Below, piece by piece: positions 9,805-18,742 of a DNA stretch of 45,488 bases. The stretch's first letter is position 1. Each line of letters starts with the position of its first letter. This stretch comes from a bacterium (lineage in GTDB: Bacteria; JAJRZV01). A model generated the notes under the pieces. It saw nothing but the letters and a program-made list of their open reading frames with translations, did no database searches and was not told the DNA's origin. The position numbers were made by a program, and so were the translations under genes. The stretch is taken from positions 1 through 45,488 of the forward strand of contig JAJRZV010000054.1 of NCBI GenBank assembly GCA_024275095.1, in the 5' to 3' direction.

Positions 9805-12800
9805 TAATGACTCAGCTTACCTGCCTCAACAATAATTTTTCTGATTTCTTCGCGTGTAATTAATCTCTTTACTTTCCCCACGCGAGCAACAGCCGGCATT
9901 TTCTCCGGAAGTGAGGCACCGGGCGCATCGAATTCTCCATTGTTATTTGCATCCACAAAAATGGCATTGGTAAAAGCGAAGGGCAAATCCGACGCACTGC
10001 TAACCACAGGCACCATCGGATAATTATCCAGGTAATCGGGATCATCTCTTACCACAACCACGTACCAGGCATCTGCAGTTGGATTGACCACTTCCACGTG
10101 ATGATAAATTTTCTGGCCATTATTAATCTGAAAATCAGCGCTGGTGAGCCTGTATACTGTAAGAGGTTCAGGCCAATTATCGTTGGGCTGACCGCCCAGG
10201 GCTACTGTCCCGGGGGTATTGGAGAAAATTTCCAGCGTGTCCACTGACATCCATTCGGGCAGGCGGATCTCAACGTGCAGTTCCAGTGGCCTTCCACCCG
10301 GAACCATGTCCCCCATTAGGTAAATTTCACTGCTTCCCTCAGGCTTGATGTAAAAATGCACAAAAGGCCCGTTTGTACCTACAACCCTCCCTGCCTGAAT
10401 GGCACGGGCGAACACTTCCGGAGTTATGGAAAGGGGAGTGTCGTATTCGTCGCCCACATAGATTAGACTCCTGGGAAAACCTGCACCAGAGGCGTACCAG
10501 CGATGGGTGTCCGACACCGCAATGCCCGTCTTCCTGAGGCCCAGATTGAGAAATGTGAAGTAGTCATTGAGACACGGTGTTATTTCACTGTAAGCATTGT
10601 AGATTTCAAAGGCGTCGAAGTTATCGCTGAAGAGTCCTGTATCACCGGGTTTCTGGTTCAGACGCGAAGGATCCATGCGAAAAATTGTCGGATCAGCGTG
10701 TGTTTTCAGCGTGTCCGTATCAAGCTGAATTGCCGTAAAGTAACCCTGTAGCGGAGAGCGCGGGTGGTTCACGGCCACGACCGGATGCTCAATGGCTCCC
10801 TTCTCACGAAGAGCGGTGAATATTTCTTCAGGTGTCAGATTGGGACCGCCTCCCCCGGCCCAGTCCACTGCACCGTTTTGATACTCTGCAGGATTCACCT
10901 TTAAGGGATAGGCATTGAAATGCCCGACATCAAAAGTGGTCAGTTCTTCGCCTGGAAATGAAGCCAGGAACGATGTTGCTCCCAGTGATTCAATGACGGG
11001 GTCATAATCGGTGATGAAGTCGTGGTCCGTGCTCACAAGCACCTCCACTCCCTCGCCCATGAATGTAATGACCCTGTCAATGAGCGGAACCGGTGCATCC
11101 GGGCTGTTGACAGAATGGACGTGTAAGTCTGCAGAAATATAACCCGACGTGTTCACGACGTGGTCGATCCGGGCATTGATCGTTTTTTCCTCGCCTGATG
11201 CAAGAGTGATCACTTCCGTGTAGGTTGAAAATTCCATTCCCCTGGAAACCATCACCTTGTAAGTACCTGGGGGTACAGGCAATCGGTTCTTGAAGTACCA
11301 GCCACGCTTGGCCATGATGCTGATCTTGCCTTTATGGTCGACGAACGCCTGTACCTGAACTCCGGTGCCAAATTTGTCGTAAAGGGTGTCCGCAAAAAGA
11401 CGCTTTTCCTGGCGAGGGCATGTACCCTCGCACAGCACTGAAACCTTGGCAGGCAATGTCACGGGATCGGGACCGAGTGCAGGGTCAACACCCGTAACTT
11501 TAAATACAAGGTATGCGGGTTGAGGAAGGGTGAAATCAACCTCCACGTTCTGGTCTCTGGTTACGGTGACTGTCTGTGACGGGCCTTCCGGCCAATCCAC
11601 CACGTCGACATAGGCTGTATATTCACCTGTTTTTAATTTCCCGGTGAACGTACCCTGTGCATCGGTAATGAGAAGATTTTCAAGCCCACCCTCGGCATTA
11701 ACAAAAGCCACTCTTGCGCCCTCTACCGGTTCACCTCCTGCTGTGACTTTACCCGAGACTGTTCCCACATCAGAGACGTTTCGAATCTTGTAAAGCTCGG
11801 ATACGAAGGTGTCATAGTTGTCAAAAACAATCACGTCCCTTGAATATACCAGGGCTCCTCCACCCGGAATTACACTGTAGCCGGCAGGTGGATTGTCCTT
11901 GTTCACATCACCTGTTGCTATGGAAAATATAAAATCAAAGGGATCTTCAGCCCCGTACTGTATCACGGCCACACCGGCAAGAATGACATTAATGGCAGGG
12001 CCAGTGGGCACGACAGCATAGCCTGAATCATCTCCCATGAATCCAAGGTAAGGAGTATTGGTGATGTCAGTAAGAGTATCTCCTGAATAGCCAAAGCCGG
12101 GCATTTCGTCCACACGGAGGGCTCCGTTGAAATAAGCAACATTACCGCCTGAATCGATGATGTCGCCTGTGGTGGTTACAAGTGTATCCTGCGAATCATT
12201 GCATATGGCCGTGTAAACCGTGAGGTGATGTTCGCCTGCACGAAGGACATAATAATTGGACACATGCACAGGGATGCCGGCATTGAGGTCCCAGGGCAAT
12301 TTAAGTTCAATGTTCAATCCAAATGAACTTCCAATAGAATCAAGTGCCGAGGAAAGATTGATATAATCCAGGAGGGTACTTTTGCCACTCGCGCGAAGAA
12401 CGAGCACGCCATCTGAACCATCCCTTACGATTTCAAACCGGGTAGCATCCATCGTGTAACTGAGGCCTATAAACGTGCTGATTTCTCCCATCACATCGTG
12501 CCAGACACCATCTTCGCGAATCACATCTGCATCTATGAGATTACCCCCGTAGGGAGCTGGAGAAATCTGGCGTGAAGGCTGCTGTATAATCACACGAATT
12601 TCATTGTTGGATAGAAGAACGTCTCCGGCACGTCCCATAAATGAACCCCCCAGCTCCGGAGGCATGGATTCTAAAGTGTCGTTTTCAGTAATTTTTTTCC
12701 ACGTAACCGTACCCTGGTTTTCTGCCTGAAGGGTATTCACCATATCCATAAGGCTTCGGGGAGCACATACAGGGGTAGTCTCCCTCCCACAACCAGTAGA

Positions 12801-12842
12801 CAGCAACACCACAGCGAGGAAGAGGACCTTCAACTTTCTCAT
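9804..12842 (-). CDS. CehA/McbA-type (PHP-like) metallohydrolase lipoprotein with a carboxypeptidase-regulatory-like domain
   Basis: Lipobox STGC. Metal-binding motifs ADLHVHS, STDHD, GEE, GHFN, NHPR and SDTH. Confidence 0.82.
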   Translation of the reverse strand: MRKLKVLFLAVVLLSTGCGRETTPVCAPRSLMDMVNTLQAENQGTVTWKKITENDTLESMPPELGGSFMGRAGDVLLSNNEIRVIIQQPSRQISPAPYGGNLIDADVIREDGVWHDVMGEISTFIGLSYTMDATRFEIVRDGSDGVLVLRASGKSTLLDYINLSSALDSIGSSFGLNIELKLPWDLNAGIPVHVSNYYVLRAGEHHLTVYTAICNDSQDTLVTTTGDIIDSGGNVAYFNGALRVDEMPGFGYSGDTLTDITNTPYLGFMGDDSGYAVVPTGPAINVILAGVAVIQYGAEDPFDFIFSIATGDVNKDNPPAGYSVIPGGGALVYSRDVIVFDNYDTFVSELYKIRNVSDVGTVSGKVTAGGEPVEGARVAFVNAEGGLENLLITDAQGTFTGKLKTGEYTAYVDVVDWPEGPSQTVTVTRDQNVEVDFTLPQPAYLVFKVTGVDPALGPDPVTLPAKVSVLCEGTCPRQEKRLFADTLYDKFGTGVQVQAFVDHKGKISIMAKRGWYFKNRLPVPPGTYKVMVSRGMEFSTYTEVITLASGEEKTINARIDHVVNTSGYISADLHVHSVNSPDAPVPLIDRVITFMGEGVEVLVSTDHDFITDYDPVIESLGATSFLASFPGEELTTFDVGHFNAYPLKVNPAEYQNGAVDWAGGGGPNLTPEEIFTALREKGAIEHPVVAVNHPRSPLQGYFTAIQLDTDTLKTHADPTIFRMDPSRLNQKPGDTGLFSDNFDAFEIYNAYSEITPCLNDYFTFLNLGLRKTGIAVSDTHRWYASGAGFPRSLIYVGDEYDTPLSITPEVFARAIQAGRVVGTNGPFVHFYIKPEGSSEIYLMGDMVPGGRPLELHVEIRLPEWMSVDTLEIFSNTPGTVALGGQPNDNWPEPLTVYRLTSADFQINNGQKIYHHVEVVNPTADAWYVVVVRDDPDYLDNYPMVPVVSSASDLPFAFTNAIFVDANNNGEFDAPGASLPEKMPAVARVGKVKRLITREEIRKIIVEAGKLSH

Positions 12843-12871
12843 CTTAAACCCCCACGCGTTGCTTTAAGGTG

Positions 12872-12901
12872 ATTATACGAGGCACCCAACTCGACACACA
12901 A
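12872..12901 (-). promoter_or_regulatory. Possible sigma70 promoter for the metallohydrolase-to-fadL operon
   Basis: Minus strand TTGTGT-18 nt-TATAAT, about 30 nt upstream of the ATG at 12842. Confidence 0.45.
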
Positions 12902-12950
12902 GAAAAAGATGATGACGCAATGCAGCGTACGTAGAATTTCCAAACTTGAT

Positions 12951-12988
12951 AAAAAAATATCCGGGGCGGCCCGCTTTCCGCCCCGGAT
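12951..12988 (-). terminator. Rho-independent terminator of the beta-helix gene
   Basis: Perfect 11-bp stem ATCCGGGGCGG/CCGCCCCGGAT with an 8-nt loop, followed on the minus strand by ATTTTTTT. Confidence 0.85.
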
Positions 12989-13020
12989 GCGAGGAGGGGG
13001 ATATGTTTTTTATTTACAAT

Positions 13021-14391
13021 TTAAAACAGCGGGACCTCTCCTGAATCCTTGATGTATTCAATGGCACCAAGGTCAACGACCGGTTCACCACCTGCAGGTG
13101 GAGTTACATTCGGATCACCCGCATCTATGCAGGGACTTGTGGCCGTAAGCGAATAATCATTGAGGTCCGAATCGGTAAAATATGGATCAGCATGAATGAC
13201 GTTACTGTAGGTGACTACGTTTACAAGGTCGGAACCCGTGTTTCCGTACAGATCAAGGTAATCAATATAGGAATCAATCGCGGTACCGGCGTAATCCGCA
13301 ATACCATCATCGTTAAACACCACGATGGCATTCGTCATCGTGAACCCAACCGTGCGAGAGATCACCACACCAGCATTGGTGTTATAGGCCACAGTCGGAT
13401 TGAGCACCGTTGTGTACCGGTCATTGCTGAAGTAAAAACCCACTCCGTTCTTCGTCACTATGGTCCTCTCGACCTTGAGAGGAGTTGCGGGTTGAAAACC
13501 GGGGTCAAACGAGGTGGCCACGCCTGCAAAATTATTGCCCCTGGCTGCACAATGAAACACGTATACATCATCTGATGTTCCTCTTATTTGAAGTCCGATC
13601 CAGGAAGAGACAAATGAAGAATCTCTCAGTTCCACCTTGTTGGAAGAGTCCACAACCACCGCCGAGTCACCGGCAGAGATAAAATCGCTTGTTTTCACCA
13701 CCACGCTTCCAGAGTTTCTGATGACAACTCCAGAGGCATCCACTGTGTCTATGTAGCAGTTTTCAATTGTGGCACCGGAAACATTCTCCAGGCGCATACC
13801 ATTACCCGGTACGTTGAGTGATGGGTCTGCACTGGAATTATCATTGTAGATGCGGCGAATATCACATCCGGTGATCACCACCCCCTCAGCCCCTTCAATA
13901 ACAAGAGCCTCACCGGTGACATCTGAGAAAACGAGATTCTCAAGCCTGAGGTACTTACCACCGATGATTTTCATTGGAGCGTAAAACACCGCACCAGCCT
14001 CTGCTCTGATCACCATGGGGTTACCTGCATAACCAGCAGCAACGGGAAGCTGGGAAAGGTCCAGCGTTACACGTTCCGAGTAGGAACCCGCCAGTAAAAC
14101 AATGTCATCTCCTGCATCCCACTGAGGATTGTTGGGATATATTGCCTCGGTGATGCTGCGGAATGCTGAATCTGGGGAAAGACCATTACCGCCCGCCGGT
14201 GCCGCAGGGTCCACGTACCATGTGGCTTCCGAAGAAGCAACCGTTCCACTTCCTCCGCTTCCTCCACTGTTTCGGGATGAGGTGCCATCATACCTGCAGT
14301 AAGAAGCTGCAAACACTACAGCAAGGAGAACAACAAAATGTTTCAACCCCATCCCCTCGCCTTTCTTCCTTCTTGTGTGTAGTTTCTTCAT
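13021..14391 (-). CDS. Secreted right-handed parallel beta-helix repeat protein (possible lipoprotein)
   Basis: TWYVD...GNG.SPDSAF.SI.EA N-cap, repeated beta-helix turns, C-terminal DPYF...YSL...SPCIDAG...DLGAIE. ATG at 14391 follows SD AAGGAGG. A Ser/Gly linker follows the signal region. Confidence 0.8.
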   Translation of the reverse strand: MKKLHTRRKKGEGMGLKHFVVLLAVVFAASYCRYDGTSSRNSGGSGGSGTVASSEATWYVDPAAPAGGNGLSPDSAFRSITEAIYPNNPQWDAGDDIVLLAGSYSERVTLDLSQLPVAAGYAGNPMVIRAEAGAVFYAPMKIIGGKYLRLENLVFSDVTGEALVIEGAEGVVITGCDIRRIYNDNSSADPSLNVPGNGMRLENVSGATIENCYIDTVDASGVVIRNSGSVVVKTSDFISAGDSAVVVDSSNKVELRDSSFVSSWIGLQIRGTSDDVYVFHCAARGNNFAGVATSFDPGFQPATPLKVERTIVTKNGVGFYFSNDRYTTVLNPTVAYNTNAGVVISRTVGFTMTNAIVVFNDDGIADYAGTAIDSYIDYLDLYGNTGSDLVNVVTYSNVIHADPYFTDSDLNDYSLTATSPCIDAGDPNVTPPAGGEPVVDLGAIEYIKDSGEVPLF

Positions 14392-14596
14392 CACTACCAC
14401 CTCCTTTTTTGCGTACACTATCAGGAGGTGCACATGGCGTGCCAACAACCAAAGCGCTTGTTTTTCAAGCACTTACATTGGAAACTCGGCACAACAGAAG
14501 TGCCCGCGCACCTCAAAAAGAGGGGTGCAATTGTACCCAGGGGGTTTTGGGCTTATCCTTGATGTACAGCGAAATATTTAGATTATTTGTCAGGTA

Positions 14597-16039
14597 TTAT
14601 TGGGTTACCGGCTTATTAAAACCAATTTTCCGTGCCCGGCGTTTAGCCTTGAGTTCAGCCTCAACAGCCCGCAGGAAATCCTCCATTCGTATCTCACCCT
14701 TTTCACGACGTGTTTTAACCCTGGAAGCTGCCTTACGAGCGGCATTGAGCACCGCGTTCTTAATTTCTGCTCCTGTGAGCTCAAATTCAGCCAGTTTGTT
14801 TAAGTCAACATCCGGAGCAAGGGGGGCTGAAGGCGGAAGCAACCTTTCCCAAATCTTTCTCCGGAGCTTCCTGTCAGGGGGGTCAAATTTCAACTTCAAG
14901 GCCACCCGTCTGTCAAGGGCGGGGTCAAGCACGGGTTCATAATTGGTGGTGAGAATAACCACGCCCTCATATCTTTCGATCTCTGTGAGAAGAATATTGA
15001 CCACCCTGTTATCGTACTTCATGTCTCGCTGCGAGCGCTGAGCAAAAAGGGCGTCAGCCTCGTCAAACAGGAGCACACAATCACGCGAAGCCGCTTCTTC
15101 AAACAGGTTAACAATGTTTTTTTCCGTTACACCTACAAAACAATTTTCCACCTGATCATAGCGTACAAGTCCCAGTTCCTTCTTGAGAAAAGCTGCAACA
15201 GCCTCAGCCATCATGGTTTTTCCCGTACCTGGCGGGCCGTAAAAAAGAAGTGCAACACCCTTTCCGTAATGGATAACCCTCCCGAAGCCCCACTTTTTGA
15301 AAATAATATCTTCCTTGCCCACCTGTGAGAGGACATCCCTGAGCATTTCCAGGCGATCCTCAGGAAGCACCACGTCTTCAATGTGATAACGAGGTTTCAT
15401 AAAGCGTATAAGGCGCTCAGGCGGAATGCCTTCCTCCTCGCTCATACGGGAAAACATCACATCGTTTTCAAATATGGACGATTCATAACCGATAAGCTCA
15501 GAGAGCGCCTTTTCTGTAAGGTGATAATCCACATGAAGAGGTGAAGTTCTGTAGGACTCGTACGCAACAAGACCGCTTCTGATAAGCCGTCCTTCGGAGG
15601 AAAGAAGTGGGATTTTCTTCATGCGCTCGACCTTGTCAGGAAACAAAAGGCTCAGTATGGAAGCCCCGCGTTTGCCCGTCAGCCCCCGGTCCTCCAGTTC
15701 GTTCATGAGAAGCATAACGAGTATGGTAATTTCCGCGTTGTTGAGAGAATACCGTTTTTTAAGCTCCAGCAACCGAAAGGTGTGCTTCCTCCGGCTTACC
15801 CGCCGTTCCATCTTGCGAATTTCCTGCTTGATCTTTTTTATTTCTTCGCTAACGGCTTCCAGCTTCTGAAGCTTCTCCTTTGCCCTCTGGGACGCAAAGG
15901 AATCATCCCCCACGCTGCGTGGAAACATTACATCACGCGATTCCTCAATATCGCGCTTTTCCTGGAGAAGTTCAATATATCGAAACCACAATTCCCAGTA
16001 CTCAGCTTCTATTTCAGAAAATGTCTGGGATTTCATCAC
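14597..16039 (-). CDS. AAA+ ATPase with a coiled-coil-like N-terminus
   Basis: Walker A GPPGTGKT, Walker B LLFDEAD, SRH TTN...LDPALDRR and C-terminal KIGF. SD AGGAGG. Confidence 0.9.
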   Translation of the reverse strand: MMKSQTFSEIEAEYWELWFRYIELLQEKRDIEESRDVMFPRSVGDDSFASQRAKEKLQKLEAVSEEIKKIKQEIRKMERRVSRRKHTFRLLELKKRYSLNNAEITILVMLLMNELEDRGLTGKRGASILSLLFPDKVERMKKIPLLSSEGRLIRSGLVAYESYRTSPLHVDYHLTEKALSELIGYESSIFENDVMFSRMSEEEGIPPERLIRFMKPRYHIEDVVLPEDRLEMLRDVLSQVGKEDIIFKKWGFGRVIHYGKGVALLFYGPPGTGKTMMAEAVAAFLKKELGLVRYDQVENCFVGVTEKNIVNLFEEAASRDCVLLFDEADALFAQRSQRDMKYDNRVVNILLTEIERYEGVVILTTNYEPVLDPALDRRVALKLKFDPPDRKLRRKIWERLLPPSAPLAPDVDLNKLAEFELTGAEIKNAVLNAARKAASRVKTRREKGEIRMEDFLRAVEAELKAKRRARKIGFNKPVTQ

Positions 16040-16160
16040 TCACCCTCCTGAGGCAATCCAGTCATTATCATATCACAGGATACCACCAATCTCACAGGCA
16101 AGGGTTCCTTCTTTTTATTTAATTACGACGAAAAACACCCAAAATTCCTTCGAACAATCT

Positions 16161-16817
16161 TCATGATTTGACAAATTTCATGTAATATACCGGGTCTCCG
16201 TGCAAAAGATGATGGATTCGTTCATATTTCGTATAAAATCGCCCGGGCAAAAAATTGACAAAAAACGGCTCTGGATATAAGGGCTGGAAAAGCCGTGACA
16301 TGAGCACCTGCTCCACAATCCAGTACGCATACTCAGCCCAGTCGGTGGCCACTTCTATAAATCCTCCGGGTACAAGCTTGCAATGGTACGCCCGGAGAGC
16401 AGATAAAGTAAAAAGTCTGTGCTTTTTATGTCGGCGTTTGAACCAGGGATCAGGAAAATTGAAATAAAACCCTTTTACACACCCGTCCTCAATGAGGAAA
16501 GGAACTGCAATCCGTGCATCCTCCAGCACGAGTCGGATGTTGCTCAGCCCCAGACGCATGATACGCTGTTTTGCTTTCTCTACACTCTTGAAAGACCACT
16601 CAATCCCCAGGTAAAGGCATTCAGGATGCTGGGCAGCCAGATGGCACAAAAACTCGCCGTTACCAAAACCCACCTCTACGTAGAAATCCCCTTCACTTCC
16701 AAAAACAGACCTGAGAGGAAGGGGAATAACAGGGAATTCCCTGCCCAGAAAAATCGTGTTTGCAGAACGGTTCAGCGTTTCTTGAGCACAAATACCGCCC
16801 GTCTGTTTTTGGCCCAT
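16161..16817 (-). CDS. trmB: tRNA (guanine-N7)-methyltransferase
   Basis: EVGFGNG, GIE, FPDPWFKRRHKKHR, ATD and TKYE. Exact start uncertain because it overlaps the 3' end of pal. Confidence 0.92.
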   Translation of the reverse strand: MGQKQTGGICAQETLNRSANTIFLGREFPVIPLPLRSVFGSEGDFYVEVGFGNGEFLCHLAAQHPECLYLGIEWSFKSVEKAKQRIMRLGLSNIRLVLEDARIAVPFLIEDGCVKGFYFNFPDPWFKRRHKKHRLFTLSALRAYHCKLVPGGFIEVATDWAEYAYWIVEQVLMSRLFQPLYPEPFFVNFLPGRFYTKYERIHHLLHGDPVYYMKFVKS

Positions 16818-17533
16818 GCCTCTTCATTGTGCCGGGGATCAGCGGGTACGGATTCGCCGTAACTGATGGTTTTAATGCGGTCTTCAGGAATACCCAGAAT
16901 CACAAGATATTTCTTCACACTGTCAGCACGGCGTTGTCCCAGGGCGAGGTTGTACTCTTCTGTACCACGCTCATCGCAGTGACCTTCTATGACAAGATCG
17001 TAGTCAGAATTGTTTTCCAGAAACGGCTTTAACCATTCGGCGTTTTGCTTTACTGTCTCTCGTGCTTCAGGTGAAAGCGAATAATCATCAAATGCAAAAT
17101 ACACATTCTTGAGTTGCCGCAGTACAATCCCCTCGCCTCCTGATCCCTTACCAATCACATCATCTTGCGAAAATGTTACAACAGGAGCAGTAATGGTGCC
17201 CGCGGGGGGTAATGAAGGCTCTCCTGTCTCACCTGCTTTGGACTCTGCCTCTTTGGCCTTAAGCGCTTTCTCCAGGGCCTGCTTGGCCAGATTCTCTGCA
17301 GAAATAGCCGATGCACGAGCAGCAGGATATTCTCCCGATTCCATTTCCTTTATAGCCTTTTCCAGAAAATTTTCTGCACTCTGAAATTCATCGGGTGCAT
17401 ATTTGGGTGCTTCTGCTTTACGTGCCTCTTCAACAGCCTGTTTGGCCCTTTCAATTTCTACGAGGGGTTTCTTCACACATCCTGCATAAAAGGCTACGAA
17501 AACCACCACTGTCCACACCAAATATCGGCGCAT
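16772..17533 (-). CDS. pal: Peptidoglycan-associated lipoprotein with an N-terminal helical (DUF4398-like) extension
   Basis: Lipobox YAGC. VYFAFD, IEGHCDERGTEEYNLALGQRRA, ISYGE and AWAKNRRA. SD GGAGGAGG. Confidence 0.88.
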   Translation of the reverse strand: MRRYLVWTVVVFVAFYAGCVKKPLVEIERAKQAVEEARKAEAPKYAPDEFQSAENFLEKAIKEMESGEYPAARASAISAENLAKQALEKALKAKEAESKAGETGEPSLPPAGTITAPVVTFSQDDVIGKGSGGEGIVLRQLKNVYFAFDDYSLSPEARETVKQNAEWLKPFLENNSDYDLVIEGHCDERGTEEYNLALGQRRADSVKKYLVILGIPEDRIKTISYGESVPADPRHNEEAWAKNRRAVFVLKKR

Positions 17534-17618
17534 GGTTCCACCTCCTCCCGTTGTTTTTATCGCAGGCCTTATGTCACAGATTATCTGAAGGACCTTAAGT
17601 GGTCAACCTCAACTGTAA

Positions 17619-18539
17619 TTATTTAAGGTGATCTTCTTTGATTTCCCCCAGAATCCGATTTCGATCATTTTGCCATTGCCTGTAATATTCTGGAAGTCGT
17701 GTCAGCACTTCCAAAAGGCCGGCACCTGCGAATAATGCTTTTGAAAGTCGTTTTTCCAGCATCGCACTTTTCACATGCTGAGCAAAGGTACGGACCGTTA
17801 AATAAAGATTTCTGCTGAAAGAACGGCTGGGATCTAAAAGATTGTATATGTATTGGGAACGTATGAGCATATTCTCACGGTAAGGAGCTCCCCGTTTGTG
17901 ATGTACCCGGCTACCGGGTACGATGACTGAGCGGTATCCCAAAAAGCTTGCCATCCTGCACAGGTGAATTTCTTCGTAGTACATAAAAAATCCTTCGTAA
18001 AACAAACCTGTCTTCAAAAACACATCCTTTTTCAAAAGTATGCACGAACCTTCAACCCAGGAAACTTCCACAGTTTTTTCTTCAGGAGCCAGACCTACCA
18101 TCTCTTTGGTCCACTCATTGGGTTGGTTATTGTCGTATTCAAGCTGGTACGGTCCGGCTATTCCCACGCAGGGATTCTTCAATGCTCCGATCAAACCCTC
18201 AAGCCAACCTTCTTCAAACCACAAATCCACGTTCAGCAGACCAATGTACTCAGCGCCTTCAGCCAGAGCAGTAAGAATTCCTTTGTTCATTCCTCCGGCA
18301 TAACCGAGGTTTCTCTCGTTAGTAATAATCCTGAGACCCGGGTAAAGGTCCTTCACGCGTTCAAGACTTCCATCTGTTGAAGCGTTATCTACGAAAATAA
18401 GGGATACACTTTTGGGGAGTGTGGCATTAAGTGTTTTGAAAAACCTGTCCAGCCACTCAAGTCCATTGTAATTGAGAATAACGAGATAAATTTTTTTCTT
18501 GTTCTTGTCAGGCACCTGAGTCACCTCTGGGGTACACAC
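17619..18539 (-). CDS. Glycosyltransferase family 2
   Basis: VILNYN, VDNASTDGS, NLGYAGGMN, LLNVD, GSCILL and FFMYYEE. Start uncertain. Confidence 0.9.
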   Translation of the reverse strand: MCTPEVTQVPDKNKKKIYLVILNYNGLEWLDRFFKTLNATLPKSVSLIFVDNASTDGSLERVKDLYPGLRIITNERNLGYAGGMNKGILTALAEGAEYIGLLNVDLWFEEGWLEGLIGALKNPCVGIAGPYQLEYDNNQPNEWTKEMVGLAPEEKTVEVSWVEGSCILLKKDVFLKTGLFYEGFFMYYEEIHLCRMASFLGYRSVIVPGSRVHHKRGAPYRENMLIRSQYIYNLLDPSRSFSRNLYLTVRTFAQHVKSAMLEKRLSKALFAGAGLLEVLTRLPEYYRQWQNDRNRILGEIKEDHLK

Positions 18540-18742
18540 TTTTCTATATTTTACTAAAAGTACGTCGGCGCATCTCTCCCATTATCCGGGTTAGAAAACA
18601 ACAAACGATTTGACGCTTCGTGATCGTTCATCACTTCTGCCCCACAAGTTTTAAATCAGCAAAAGGAAGACAGGTGAACTCCACACCATACAACCCGGAT
18701 TAAGGTAAATACCAAAAGTAACAAAAAGTAATAAAGCGTTCC

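Noticed and set aside
14163-14942. 259-aa plus-strand ORF
   Set aside because: Overlaps two well-supported minus-strand genes and has no motifs.
18715-18731. Short AAAAGTAA direct repeat after acnA
   Set aside because: Two copies of low-complexity sequence, compatible with chance.
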